DNA from: Candidatus Krumholzibacteriota bacterium
GTDB taxonomy: Bacteria > Krumholzibacteriota > Krumholzibacteriia > JAJRXK01
Assembly: GCA_963727455.1 (NCBI GenBank)
Contig: CAVSGG010000010.1
Coordinates: 99,330-163,329, forward strand
Direction: 5' to 3'
Length of the DNA stretch: 64,000 nt
The translations under genes were made by a program, and so were the position numbers. Below the pieces are notes generated by a model that saw nothing but the letters and a program-made list of their open reading frames with translations, had not been told where the DNA came from and did no database searches. Below, one piece after another: positions 28,890 through 37,836 of the stretch (position 1 is the stretch's first letter; every line of letters begins with the position of its first letter).

Positions 28890-29518
28890 ATCCCTGGTTG
28901 GCCGTACTCGTCGCCCTCTTCGCCGGATATCTCTTCGGTTCCTTTCCCACCTCCTATCTGCTCGCTCGACGCAAGGGAGTCGATCTTCGAGTCGAGGGGA
29001 GCGGAAACCTCGGCGCAACGAACGCCTTCCGCGTCCTGGGGCCCTTCACCGCCAGCCTGGTGCTCCTCGTCGATCTCTTCAAGGGAGCGTTCCCGGTCTG
29101 GCTTGCGCTGTCGGATCGACTGGCCGCAGTGGGTCCGACCGCGGACGCGCTCGCGCTTGCCGCTGCGATGGGAGCGGTCCTGGGACACGCCTTCAGCCCC
29201 TGGGTGGGCTTTCGCGGCGGCAAGGGTGTCGCCACTGCGGCCGGCGCCTTTCTGACTCTGGCTCCCTGGGGCGCTCTCCCCGCCTTCGGGATCTGGCTCA
29301 TTTTGCTTCTGAGCACCCGCATCATGAGCATCGCCAGCATCGCTGCCGCGGCCGCGCTTCCCGTGACTCTCCTGGTTCACACCCTGAGCCACCCCGGTGC
29401 CCAGCCCCGCTGGGCCACCCTGATTGCCTCGGTAGTCTTGGGCGCGCTCATTCTGTTGCGGCACCGCGAGAACCTGCGTCGTCTACGGCGAGGGGAGGAG
29501 AAACCTCTGTGGTCGTGA
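28886..29518 (+). CDS. plsY: Glycerol-3-phosphate acyltransferase PlsY
   Basis: YLFGSFP, GSGNLGATNAFR, FRGGKGVAT, RHRENL.RL..GEE. Confidence 0.95.
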   Translation: MNPWLAVLVALFAGYLFGSFPTSYLLARRKGVDLRVEGSGNLGATNAFRVLGPFTASLVLLVDLFKGAFPVWLALSDRLAAVGPTADALALAAAMGAVLGHAFSPWVGFRGGKGVATAAGAFLTLAPWGALPAFGIWLILLLSTRIMSIASIAAAAALPVTLLVHTLSHPGAQPRWATLIASVVLGALILLRHRENLRRLRRGEEKPLWS

Positions 29519-30546
29519 ACGAGTCGATCGCGGTCTTGGGGGCCGGGTCCTGGGGCACCGCCTTGGCGCTGAGTGCGGACGCGGCCGGACATGAGACGCG
29601 ACTCTGGGCACGACGGCAGGAGCTCGTTCGCGAACTCCGGGACGGAACCAATCAGAGGTACCTGCCGGGGATCCGCCTGTCGCGCGCGCTGCGGGTGAGT
29701 AACTCCCTGGAGAAATCCATACGGGGCGCGAGTGTGATCGTACTCGCCGTGCCCGCCTCCTGCGTGGCGGAGCTGTGTACCCGACTTTGCGAAGGCCAGC
29801 TCGAGGAATCCGCGGTCGTGGTGTGCGTCGCCAAAGGTCTGGAGGAAAAGACGGGCCGTCGCATGAGCCAGGTCATGGCGGAAACTCTTGCTGTGAATAC
29901 GGCGCGGCAGATGACTTTGCTCGGTCCCTCGCATGCCGAAGAGGTCGCGCGGCAACTTCCCACCGCGGTCGTTCTGTCCGGGGGCGAAGCGCAACGCGCC
30001 CAGCGCGTGCAGGAAGCTCTTTCGACTAACTGGTTGAGAATCTACACGAACGACGATCAGGTCGGAACGGAATACGCCGCGGCGCTGAAAAACATCCTGG
30101 CCATCGCGGCGGGGATGTGTGACGGCCTCGGATTGGGAGATAACACCAAGGGCGCGCTTCTCACTCGCGGCTTGGCCGAGATTGCGCGCTTGGGAGTGGC
30201 GCTCGGAGGACGCACCGAGACCTTCTACGGACTCTCCGGAGTGGGCGACGTGATCACCACGTGCCTGAGCCACCACTCGCGCAATCGCGCGCTGGGAGAG
30301 AGGGTCGCCAAGGGAGAGAGCCTCCAGTCCGCTCTCACTGCGATCGCGCAGACGGTGGAGGGAGTGGCGACGGTGCGGACCACGGTTGCTCTGGCCGAAA
30401 AGCACGAGATCAAGATGCCAATCAGTCGCCAGGTGCTTGCCGTACTCGACGAAGGCAAGGATCCGAGCCAGGCCATCGAGGAACTCATGGGACGAGCTCT
30501 GCGCTCCGAACGAGAAATTGCATCCGCGAAGAGGAGGGGGTCATGA
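29515..30546 (+). CDS. gpsA: NAD(P)H-dependent glycerol-3-phosphate dehydrogenase
   Basis: GAGSWGTALA, KGLE, GPSHAEEV, ALKNILAIAAG, GVGDVITTC.S.HSRN. Confidence 0.95.
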   Translation: MNESIAVLGAGSWGTALALSADAAGHETRLWARRQELVRELRDGTNQRYLPGIRLSRALRVSNSLEKSIRGASVIVLAVPASCVAELCTRLCEGQLEESAVVVCVAKGLEEKTGRRMSQVMAETLAVNTARQMTLLGPSHAEEVARQLPTAVVLSGGEAQRAQRVQEALSTNWLRIYTNDDQVGTEYAAALKNILAIAAGMCDGLGLGDNTKGALLTRGLAEIARLGVALGGRTETFYGLSGVGDVITTCLSHHSRNRALGERVAKGESLQSALTAIAQTVEGVATVRTTVALAEKHEIKMPISRQVLAVLDEGKDPSQAIEELMGRALRSEREIASAKRRGS

Positions 30547-30908
30547 ACGCCGAGCTTCCCGAAAAGCTCTACTACAGCATCAGCGAGGTGGCCAAGATGA
30601 GCGGGGTGAAGCCGCACGTGCTTCGCTACTGGGAAGCGGAGTTCCCGACCCTGCGCCCCAAGAAAAACCGCGCCGGCAACCGCAGCTACCGTCAGCGCGA
30701 CATCGACGAACTCAAGGCCATCAAACATCTCCTCTACGAGGAAGGGTACAAGATCGATGGGGCACGACGCATCCTCGCCGACCGGAAGGCACGCGAGGAA
30801 GCGGTGGGACCCAAGGTCCCAAAGAAGGACCCCCGCGACGCTCTCATCGAGGAGCTGCGCCAGGGGCTCAAGGAGATTCTTCAGGTCATCGACGAACTGA
30901 AGTCCTGA
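30543..30908 (+). CDS. MerR-family transcriptional regulator
   Basis: KLYYSISEVA, PHVLRYWEAEFPTLRPKKNRAGNRSY, LLYEEGYKIDGAR. Confidence 0.9.
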   Translation: MNAELPEKLYYSISEVAKMSGVKPHVLRYWEAEFPTLRPKKNRAGNRSYRQRDIDELKAIKHLLYEEGYKIDGARRILADRKAREEAVGPKVPKKDPRDALIEELRQGLKEILQVIDELKS

Positions 30909-30990
30909 GAGGGAGTTTGGCGCGCCGAGCTTGCATTCGGCGGGCCCTATGGTATCTTTGCTCTCCCCTGGCGTCATCTCAACGTCTGGT

Positions 30991-31067
30991 CGGGGCGTGG
31001 CGCAGTCCGGTAGCGCACTTGCATGGGGGGTAAGTGGTCGCTGGTTCAAATCCAGTCGCCCCGACCA
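30991..31067 (+). tRNA. tRNA-Pro (anticodon GGG)
   Basis: CGGGGCG acceptor, CTTGC-AT-GGG-GG-GTAAG arm, GGTTCAAATCC, encoded CCA. Confidence 0.95.
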
Positions 31068-31096
31068 AGTATTTCTCTCGCCGCCGATCGCGTCCC

Positions 31097-31945
31097 TTGC
31101 TCACCTGGATCCTCTACCTCAGTGCGGGATGGCTGAGCGGGCGCTTGCCGCGCTGGCTGGGCCTGAAGATCACCTTCGTGGTCGCAGTGATCTTCCGTTG
31201 GACGCATCCTGAAACCGTACGCATCGTAGAAAGCAATCTCGCGGGAATCGAGAAGGCCATGGGCCGTCCTTACGACCCGCTCATGGTTCCTGAAGTCTTC
31301 GACGCCTTCGCGCGCTCGGTCTACGAATTCGTGAGCCTGCCCCACCGCAGTACCACCGAGATCCTGCAACGCTATCGTGTGGTTCGCGGGAAAGAGCACC
31401 TGCACCGCCAGCTGGGGGAGGGCCTCCTCATCCTCTCCGCTCACCTGGCAGGATGGGAGATGGGGGGTGCGTGGCTCGCCGAAAACTTTGGTCCCTTCCA
31501 CACCGTCGCGCTCGAGCATCCCTCCAAGAAGGTGACCGAGTACTTTACCCAACGGCGCGCGCAACGTGGCATCATCGTGCATCCGCTGGGACGATCCTAC
31601 CGGCCTCTCCTGGAGGCGCTGCAGCGCGGCGAGACTGTAGTGTTGCTTTGCGACCGCAACTTCGCTTCGGGGGGGACGGCTGTAGAATTTTTCGGACGCA
31701 AGGCCAAGTTTCCCGATGGCTACCTGAGGCTGGCACGCGAATCGGGGGCGCGCATCCTGCCGATCTTTGCTCGCCGAGTGGGAAGTTCGACCGAACTGCG
31801 GATCGAAGAGCCCCTTCGCGTGGAGGAGGGGCACGAGTCACAGGCCCTGCGCAAGATCGTGGGCCTGCTCGAAAACCACGTGGGCAGAAATCCCGAGCAG
31901 TGGGCGCGCTTCACCCCAATCTGGGAGGATGAGAGCGATGAGTGA
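31097..31945 (+). CDS. Lipid A/lysophospholipid acyltransferase (LpxL/HtrB-like family)
   Basis: SAHLAGWE (H-x4-E), LLCDR, VEFFG, RNPEQW; TTG start at 31097 chosen because the longer ORF overlaps the tRNA. Confidence 0.8.
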   Translation: MLTWILYLSAGWLSGRLPRWLGLKITFVVAVIFRWTHPETVRIVESNLAGIEKAMGRPYDPLMVPEVFDAFARSVYEFVSLPHRSTTEILQRYRVVRGKEHLHRQLGEGLLILSAHLAGWEMGGAWLAENFGPFHTVALEHPSKKVTEYFTQRRAQRGIIVHPLGRSYRPLLEALQRGETVVLLCDRNFASGGTAVEFFGRKAKFPDGYLRLARESGARILPIFARRVGSSTELRIEEPLRVEEGHESQALRKIVGLLENHVGRNPEQWARFTPIWEDESDE

Positions 31946-32645
31946 TTCCGTGCTCGCCATTCTTCCCGCCTTCAACGTGGCCCGCCACCTGCCCGATCTT
32001 CTGCCCCGGATCCTGCAGCTCGCGCCCGCGGTAGAGGTCCTCGTGGTCGACGACGGTTCCCGCGATGCGAGCGCGAAGGAGGCGAGAAAGCTGGGGGCCG
32101 AGGTGGTGGTGCATCCACAAAATCTCGGCAAGGGCGAGGCGCTCAAGACCGGATTTCGCTACATGCTGGAGAGAGACTATCCCGCCTGCATCACCCTGGA
32201 CGCCGACGGTCAGCACCTCCCCGAAGAGATCCCGCGCTTTTTGAGCGCCTGGGAGGAGGGGGCCTTTGTGGTGGTTGGCAACCGCATGGCGGAGAACGAG
32301 AGGATGCCCTGGCTCAGAAAGCGCACCAACGAAGTGATGTCGCGCATCGTAAGTGGTCTGGCATCGCAGCGGATCGCCGATTCGCAGTGCGGATTTCGTC
32401 TCATCGACGCTCGTGTCCTTCACGCCATTCGGCTCGAATCCAGCCGCTACGATCTGGAATCCGAGATCTTGATCAAGGCGGGTCGCTTGGGCTACCCTGT
32501 GGCCTCCGTGGCGATCAGTACGGTGTATCATGACGAAGAGAGCTCCATCCATCCCCTGGTGGACACGGTTCGATTCTTGAGGCTGCTCTGGCGCTCCCGG
32601 CAATGGATTCGTAAACCCGGAGAACAAGCCGCCGGCTCGAAGTAG
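31938..32645 (+). CDS. Glycosyltransferase family 2 (DPM1-like)
   Basis: ILPAFN, VVDDGSRD, NLGKG, TLDADGQH, DSQCGFR. Confidence 0.88.
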   Translation: MSDSVLAILPAFNVARHLPDLLPRILQLAPAVEVLVVDDGSRDASAKEARKLGAEVVVHPQNLGKGEALKTGFRYMLERDYPACITLDADGQHLPEEIPRFLSAWEEGAFVVVGNRMAENERMPWLRKRTNEVMSRIVSGLASQRIADSQCGFRLIDARVLHAIRLESSRYDLESEILIKAGRLGYPVASVAISTVYHDEESSIHPLVDTVRFLRLLWRSRQWIRKPGEQAAGSK

Positions 32646-32659
32646 CGCGAGGCACATTC

Positions 32660-33430
32660 ATGCACATTCTTCTCACCAACGACGACGGCATCCACGCCGA
32701 AGGACTGCGTCGCCTGGAAGCGGGCCTCAAAGATGCGATGCCCGAGGCACGCATTTCGATCTGCGCGCCCGATCGCGAACAGAGCGCGAGTTCCCATGCC
32801 CTGACGCTCACCTCACCCCTGCGCATCACGCGTCACGGGAAGGACAAGTACTCCGTTACCGGCACGCCGACCGACTGCGTGTTGCTTGCTTTACGCGCGC
32901 TCTTCGAAGACGAGCTGCCCGATCTCGTCATTTCTGGAATCAACCACGGGCCGAACATGGGGGAGGATATCCTCTACAGCGGCACCGTCGCGGCCGCGAT
33001 GGAAGGGACCATCTGTGGGCTTCCCAGCATTGCGCTTTCCTTAGCTTCGAGAGGTTTGAGCGAGGGAGAATTCGAGACGGCGGATCACCTGGTACGCGAG
33101 ATTCTTCCTCAGTGGCTGCAGCGGGGTTTGCAGGGACACATGCTGCTCAACGTGAACGTACCCGCCAAGCCCCTCAGTGCAGTGAAGGGGATGCGCGTGT
33201 GCAAGTTGGGTTCGAGAATCTACCAGGACGTGATCACCCGTAAGGTCGATCCCCGCGGCAAAGAGTATTTCTGGATCGGAGGAGACCCTCTTCCGCAGAG
33301 CGATGATGACACCACCGACTTCGGACTCTTGAACTCGGGATGGATCACGGTGACCCCTCTTCATCTCGACATGACCGATTACAAGGCCATGGTTCAGGGG
33401 GAGGACCTGGTGCGCACATGGCCGAAGTGA
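32660..33430 (+). CDS. surE: 5'/3'-nucleotidase SurE
   Basis: ILLTNDDGI, GTPTDCV, SGINHGPNMG..ILYSGTVAAAMEG. Confidence 0.95.
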   Translation: MHILLTNDDGIHAEGLRRLEAGLKDAMPEARISICAPDREQSASSHALTLTSPLRITRHGKDKYSVTGTPTDCVLLALRALFEDELPDLVISGINHGPNMGEDILYSGTVAAAMEGTICGLPSIALSLASRGLSEGEFETADHLVREILPQWLQRGLQGHMLLNVNVPAKPLSAVKGMRVCKLGSRIYQDVITRKVDPRGKEYFWIGGDPLPQSDDDTTDFGLLNSGWITVTPLHLDMTDYKAMVQGEDLVRTWPK

Positions 33431-34077
33431 GTTCTTTTGCCCGCGAACGCTTCAGCATGATCGAGCATCAGCTGCGGGGGCAGGGCATCACCGACGAAAA
33501 CGTTCTGCAGGCGATGGGGAGACTTCCCCGACATCGCTTTTTGCCGCGTGAGCAATGGGCCGAGGCCTATGCGCCGCGCGCGGTACCCATCGCGCAGCAG
33601 CAGACCCTCAGCCAACCCTTCATCGTCGCGACCATGACCCAAGCCCTCGCGCTTCGCGGCGGGGAGAGGATACTGGAGATCGGGACCGGCAGCGGTTATC
33701 AGGCCGCCGTGCTCGCGATGCTCGGGGCACGAGTGTTCAGCGTGGAACGCCACGCGAGTTTGGCTCAGAGAGCGCGGGAGGTCCTCGACGAACTCGAGAT
33801 TCCCCGGGTCGTGCTGAGCATCGGTGACGGCAGCCTGGGCTGGCCCGAAGAGGCGCCCTTTGACGGCATTCTGGTGACGGCCGCGACTCCCGCCTTGCCT
33901 CACGCGCTGCTCGAGCAGCTGGCCGATCCGGGCCGTCTGGTGGCACCGATAGGCAACCCGCATTTACAATCGCTGGTGGTGGTGCGGCGCGAGAATGGGG
34001 AGGACTTTCAGGAAGAGGGCTGCGCGTGCCGTTTCGTCCCGCTCTTGGGAGAGGGAGGATTCGCCGGTGAAGAGTGA
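33418..34077 (+). CDS. pcm: Protein-L-isoaspartate O-methyltransferase
   Basis: QTLSQPFIVA, LEIGTGSGYQAAVL, GWPEEAPFDGILVTAA, RFVPL. Confidence 0.94.
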   Translation: MAEVSSFARERFSMIEHQLRGQGITDENVLQAMGRLPRHRFLPREQWAEAYAPRAVPIAQQQTLSQPFIVATMTQALALRGGERILEIGTGSGYQAAVLAMLGARVFSVERHASLAQRAREVLDELEIPRVVLSIGDGSLGWPEEAPFDGILVTAATPALPHALLEQLADPGRLVAPIGNPHLQSLVVVRRENGEDFQEEGCACRFVPLLGEGGFAGEE

Positions 34078-34552
34078 AATCCTCGCCTGGGCCTCCCACT
34101 TGCCCCAACCTCTCTCCACCGTCGTCGTGGCTGCCTTGCCCATTCTGGAATTGCGCGGCTCGATTCCCTGGGCGATCGGGGTGGGGGGGCTCTCTCCCGT
34201 TTCGGCCTACCTCTGGTCGGTACTGGGCAACATGATTCCCATCCCCTTCTGGCTCTTGCTTTTGGGGCGCATTGAAAAGAGTTTGCGGCGCTTTCGGTGG
34301 TTTGATAAGTTCTTTTGCTGGCTCTTCGCCCGCACCCGACGCAAGGCGAGCATGGTGGAGCGTCACGGGGCTTGGGGGCTGATTCTCTTCGTCGCGGTGC
34401 CGTTGCCGGTGACGGGGGCATGGACGGGAGCGATCGCGGCTTATCTCTTTGATCTTTCCCCGCGCCGGGCCCTTCCCGCCATCTTGGCGGGTGTCTGTTG
34501 CGCGGGAATCGTCGTAACCTTGACGGTGCAGGGGATCATCCACATTTGGTAG
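34067..34552 (+). CDS. Small multi-drug export family membrane protein
   Basis: LPILELRGSIP, GLILFVAVPLPVTGAWTG. Confidence 0.8.
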   Translation: MKSEILAWASHLPQPLSTVVVAALPILELRGSIPWAIGVGGLSPVSAYLWSVLGNMIPIPFWLLLLGRIEKSLRRFRWFDKFFCWLFARTRRKASMVERHGAWGLILFVAVPLPVTGAWTGAIAAYLFDLSPRRALPAILAGVCCAGIVVTLTVQGIIHIW

Positions 34553-34568
34553 CGGAAGAGTTCAGGGT

Positions 34569-34647
<79 letters not shown>

Positions 34648-34678
34648 GATTCCCTCTTCGTGTTGGTGCGAGGACGAG

Positions 34679-35356
34679 TTGGTGCTCGGTAAACCTTGGC
34701 GACATTCGGTTCTTTCCCTCGTCATTTTCGCGTTCGTTGTGGGTGCAGCCGCGCCGAGCCGAGCTGGCGATGAGATCTTCGTGCGAGTGCGCCGCGGCGA
34801 TACCCTGTTCAAGATCGCACGCGCCTTCAAAACTACGGTAGCGAGGATTCGCAAGGCGAATCACTTGCAGGGCGATCTCATCCGTCCGGGGCAGCGCCTG
34901 CAACTGCCGGGTGCAGCCGGCGTCAGCAGGAAGCGTACACGGCACTTCGAGGGAGATCTTCCGATTCACGGAATCCGCAAGCGAGACATCGTGGCTTCCT
35001 TTGGCGAAAAGAAGGATTCCCGCCACCAGAGAGTCCTGCAACGCCATACCGGGCTCGACCTGCGCGCGCGCGAAGGGACGCGAATTCTGGCGTGCGCCAA
35101 TGGCGTGGTTCGCTTCGTGGGCGACCTCAGTGGCTACGGACGTCTGGTGGTGTTGGAACACGACGGGGGATGGCGCAGCGTGTACGGACCGTGCGATCCC
35201 AATCACATCAAGGTTGAGGTGAACGAGGCGGTGTACGCGGGGCAGGAATTGGCGCGACTCGGTGAGGGAGTCGAACGAAGCAAGCCCGCGCTGCACTTCG
35301 AAATTCGCAGGGGCGAGGAAGCGGTCGATCCCGCCAATCACCTGCGCTGGAAGTGA
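34679..35356 (+). CDS. LysM + M23 peptidase (NlpD-like)
   Basis: Signal peptide, VRRGDTLFKIA...IRPGQRL (LysM), HTGLD, GYGRLVVLEH, LHFEIR. Confidence 0.85.
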   Translation: MVLGKPWRHSVLSLVIFAFVVGAAAPSRAGDEIFVRVRRGDTLFKIARAFKTTVARIRKANHLQGDLIRPGQRLQLPGAAGVSRKRTRHFEGDLPIHGIRKRDIVASFGEKKDSRHQRVLQRHTGLDLRAREGTRILACANGVVRFVGDLSGYGRLVVLEHDGGWRSVYGPCDPNHIKVEVNEAVYAGQELARLGEGVERSKPALHFEIRRGEEAVDPANHLRWK

Positions 35357-35373
35357 GAGTTCAGGAAGAAACC

Positions 35374-35886
35374 ATGGAGCTGCGTGACTACATCGACGAA
35401 ATTCCCGACTTCCCCAAGCCGGGGATTCTCTTTCGGGACATCACCCCGCTGCTGAATGCGCCGGACGCCTTCCGCGCCTGCCTCGCGCGCTTCGAGGAGC
35501 GCTACAAGGACCGCGGGATCGACCATGTGCTGGGAGTGGAGAGCCGCGGCTTTCTCTTCGGAGCTCCCTTGGCCCTCGCCTTGGGGGTGGGCTTCGTGCC
35601 GGTGCGCAAGCAAGGCAAGTTGCCGCGGGAGACCCTGCAGCGCAGCTACGAGTTGGAGTACGGCAGCGCCACCCTGGAGATTCACCGCGACGCTGTGAAG
35701 CGGGGCGAGAGAGTGGTGGTGGTGGACGACCTTTTGGCCACCGGTGGTACGGCACGTGCCACGGCGGAGCTCCTCGAGGAAGCCGGGGCGAAGGTGGAAG
35801 AGCTGGCCTTCGTCATCGAACTGGCCGGGCTGGGGGGGAGGCAGCAGCTTCCCTGGCCGGTCCACACCCTGCTGGTCTATGACTAG
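35374..35886 (+). CDS. apt: Adenine phosphoribosyltransferase
   Basis: IPDFPKPGILFRDITPLL, ESRGFLFG, YELEYG, VDDLLATGGT. Confidence 0.96.
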   Translation: MELRDYIDEIPDFPKPGILFRDITPLLNAPDAFRACLARFEERYKDRGIDHVLGVESRGFLFGAPLALALGVGFVPVRKQGKLPRETLQRSYELEYGSATLEIHRDAVKRGERVVVVDDLLATGGTARATAELLEEAGAKVEELAFVIELAGLGGRQQLPWPVHTLLVYD

Positions 35887-35902
35887 CCGGGAAGCGCTTT
35901 GG

Positions 35903-35976
35903 GCCCCAGTAGCTCAGGTGGATAGAGCACAGGTTTCCTAAACCTGGTGTCGCAGGTTCGAGTCCTGCCTGGGGCA
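35903..35976 (+). tRNA. tRNA-Arg (anticodon CCT), CCA not encoded
   Basis: GCCCCAG/CTGGGGC acceptor, CAGGT-TT-CCT-AA-ACCTG arm, GGTTCGAGTCC. Confidence 0.95.
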
Positions 35977-36003
35977 GATTGATTCCCGGCCGGAGTGGTC
36001 CTC

Positions 36004-36032
36004 TTGACCGCGCCGGCAAGACCCACTACTCT
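36004..36032 (+). promoter_or_regulatory. Sigma-70-type promoter
   Basis: TTGACC-17 nt-TACTCT upstream of the gene at 36092. Confidence 0.5.
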
Positions 36033-36091
36033 TCCACGGATCGCGTGGAACGCAAAGCATTGCCGGCGTTTAGGCCGGGGAGGTTGGAACC

Positions 36092-36772
36092 GTGGCGAAG
36101 GGCAAGTTCAGCAAGAAGGAACTTCGGCATGACGCGTTTTCTGAAAACGTGGCAAAGGGTTATAGCTATCTTCAGAACAATTTTCTGAAGGTCTTTCTGG
36201 GCGTGGTGCTTGCGGCCGTCGTCGTCCTGGGAACGGTTTACGTACGCCAGAGCCAGCGGCAGAGTAGTCAGGAGGCCTCCCATCTGCTCGCACAGGCCGC
36301 AACCCAGTACAATTCCACATCCTACAGCGAATGCCTGCTGACGGTAGAAGACCTCATCCAACGCTTCGGAAGCCGCAAGGAAGGCAAGACCGCGCGCTAT
36401 TACGCCGGCGCCAGCCACCTTGCCCTGGGTGAGAACGAAGCTGCGATCCAGAGTTTTCGTGAGTATCTCCAGAAGGAGCCGGACGGCTTCTATGCGCACA
36501 GCGCGCAGTCTGGCTTGGGCCTTGCTCTGGAAGGGGCTGGGCAGGACCAGGATGCACTGAAGCAGTTTGCCAAGCTCCTGACGGAGATCAAGCCCGACGA
36601 TTTCCTCTTTCCTTCGACGGCGTTTGCGGAGGCGCGAGTGCTGGAGAAGATGGGACAGCGCGAGCAGGCCATCACGGTGCTTCTGCCGCTGTCTCGCAGC
36701 TCGGACTTCCAGACCCGGCAGGAAGCGAACACGAAGATCCAGGTCCTGAGAGCGCAGATCAGCAACTCCTAA
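36092..36772 (+). CDS. Membrane-anchored TPR protein (YfgM-like)
   Basis: SKKELRHDAF N-terminus, single TM, then TPR helices. Confidence 0.7.
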   Translation: MAKGKFSKKELRHDAFSENVAKGYSYLQNNFLKVFLGVVLAAVVVLGTVYVRQSQRQSSQEASHLLAQAATQYNSTSYSECLLTVEDLIQRFGSRKEGKTARYYAGASHLALGENEAAIQSFREYLQKEPDGFYAHSAQSGLGLALEGAGQDQDALKQFAKLLTEIKPDDFLFPSTAFAEARVLEKMGQREQAITVLLPLSRSSDFQTRQEANTKIQVLRAQISNS

Positions 36773-36826
36773 GCGTCAAAGTACCGCGCCGCTTTGGGGG
36801 CGCGTCGGGCCGGGAGGAAACGCAGG

Positions 36827-37207
36827 ATGACCGATCAGGAACCCACGACTCCACGCCCCATGGGAGAGACCAAGCAGCGCTGGCTGGCCGCCATCGCATA
36901 CCTGGGTCCCGTCTCGCTCTTTTCCCTCAGCCGTAAGAACAAGCCCGCCTTCCTGCGGGATCATGCGCGCCAGGCTTTTGCGCTCTTTCTGGTGGAAGCG
37001 GCCGTCGTCTGTTTCCTGATCATCGTGAGCAACACGGTGGGGAGGATCCCTGTCCTGGGCTTCCTGGTGGAGATCCTGCTCGAGTTGGCTGCGTTCGCAT
37101 CCTTCCTCATCTTGAGTATTCTCGGCTTCGTCAAGGCCCTGGCCGGAGAGAACTTCGGCATCCCGGTGCTGGAGGACTACGCCGAGAAGATCCCCACCGG
37201 CGACTGA
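36827..37207 (+). CDS. Small membrane protein (DUF4870-like)
   Basis: LAAIAYLG, FLRDHARQA, IPVLG, KALAGE.F.IP; three TM segments. Confidence 0.65.
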   Translation: MTDQEPTTPRPMGETKQRWLAAIAYLGPVSLFSLSRKNKPAFLRDHARQAFALFLVEAAVVCFLIIVSNTVGRIPVLGFLVEILLELAAFASFLILSILGFVKALAGENFGIPVLEDYAEKIPTGD

Positions 37208-37283
37208 GAAACCCCACAGCGAGCCAATGCCTCAGAGAGGTCCGGGAAGGGACCCGGTGCGGGATCTTCGCCCCGCGCCAAGA

Positions 37284-37311
37284 ATTGCGCATAAGATACA
37301 TTATGTTAACT
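37284..37311 (+). other. dif: dif chromosome dimer resolution site (XerC/XerD)
   Basis: ATTGCGCATAA-GATACA-TTATGTTAACT vs E. coli dif GGTGCGCATAA-TGTATA-TTATGTTAAAT; AT-rich, intergenic between convergent genes, at the global strand switch. Confidence 0.92.
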
Positions 37312-37331
37312 GCCATATGGGGCACAAAGGA

Positions 37332-37353
37332 AGGGAGATCCCTGAATCTCCCT
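37332..37353. terminator. Hairpin between convergent genes
   Basis: AGGGAGAT-CCCTGA-ATCTCCCT; 8-bp stem, T-rich tail on the minus strand after trxA. Confidence 0.45.
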
Positions 37354-37410
37354 CCCCAACTTGCAAAGTACCAAGGAATTATCCCGCTTGACGTCGCGGA
37401 ATTCTGGAGC

Positions 37411-37737
37411 TCAGCCCTGGTGTCGTTGGATGGTCGCAAGGACCTTGTCCTTGGGCACTGCGCCCACGACCTGTTCCACCACCTTGCCGTCCTTGAAGAA
37501 CAACAAGGTCGGGATGCTCATGATGCCAAACTGACCGGCGAGCTGCTGGTTCTCGTCCACGTTGACCTTGACGACCTTGACCGTCCCTTCCTGCTCCTTG
37601 GCGATCTCCTCCAAGACGGGTCCGATGATGCGGCACGGGCCGCACCACGGGGCCCAGAAATCGACAATGACGAGGCCGGAGGCCTTCTGGACCTCGGCCG
37701 GAAAGCTCTGGGTGTCGACCGCGACTGGTGCTGCCAT
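37411..37737 (-). CDS. trxA: Thioredoxin
   Basis: VDFWAPWCGPC, FGIMSIPTLLFFKDG. Confidence 0.95.
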   Translation of the reverse strand: MAAPVAVDTQSFPAEVQKASGLVIVDFWAPWCGPCRIIGPVLEEIAKEQEGTVKVVKVNVDENQQLAGQFGIMSIPTLLFFKDGKVVEQVVGAVPKDKVLATIQRHQG

Positions 37738-37808
37738 GGAGCTACTCCTATCCCCTAGATAGTACATGTCGGGACCGCTTCTGGAATGAAGGCCCCTGGA
37801 ATGCGGCC

Positions 37809-37836
37809 AAGGTACGGCGAAGCGCTCGAATGTCAA
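37809..37836 (-). promoter_or_regulatory. Sigma-70-type promoter of trxA
   Basis: TTGACA-16 nt-TACCTT; the -35 contains the holA stop codon. Confidence 0.5.

Noticed and set aside
37285-37758. ORFs crossing the dif region (37285-37758 +, 37131-37439 -)
   Set aside because: Antisense shadows of trxA and the DUF4870-like gene; no start context and they overlap dif.
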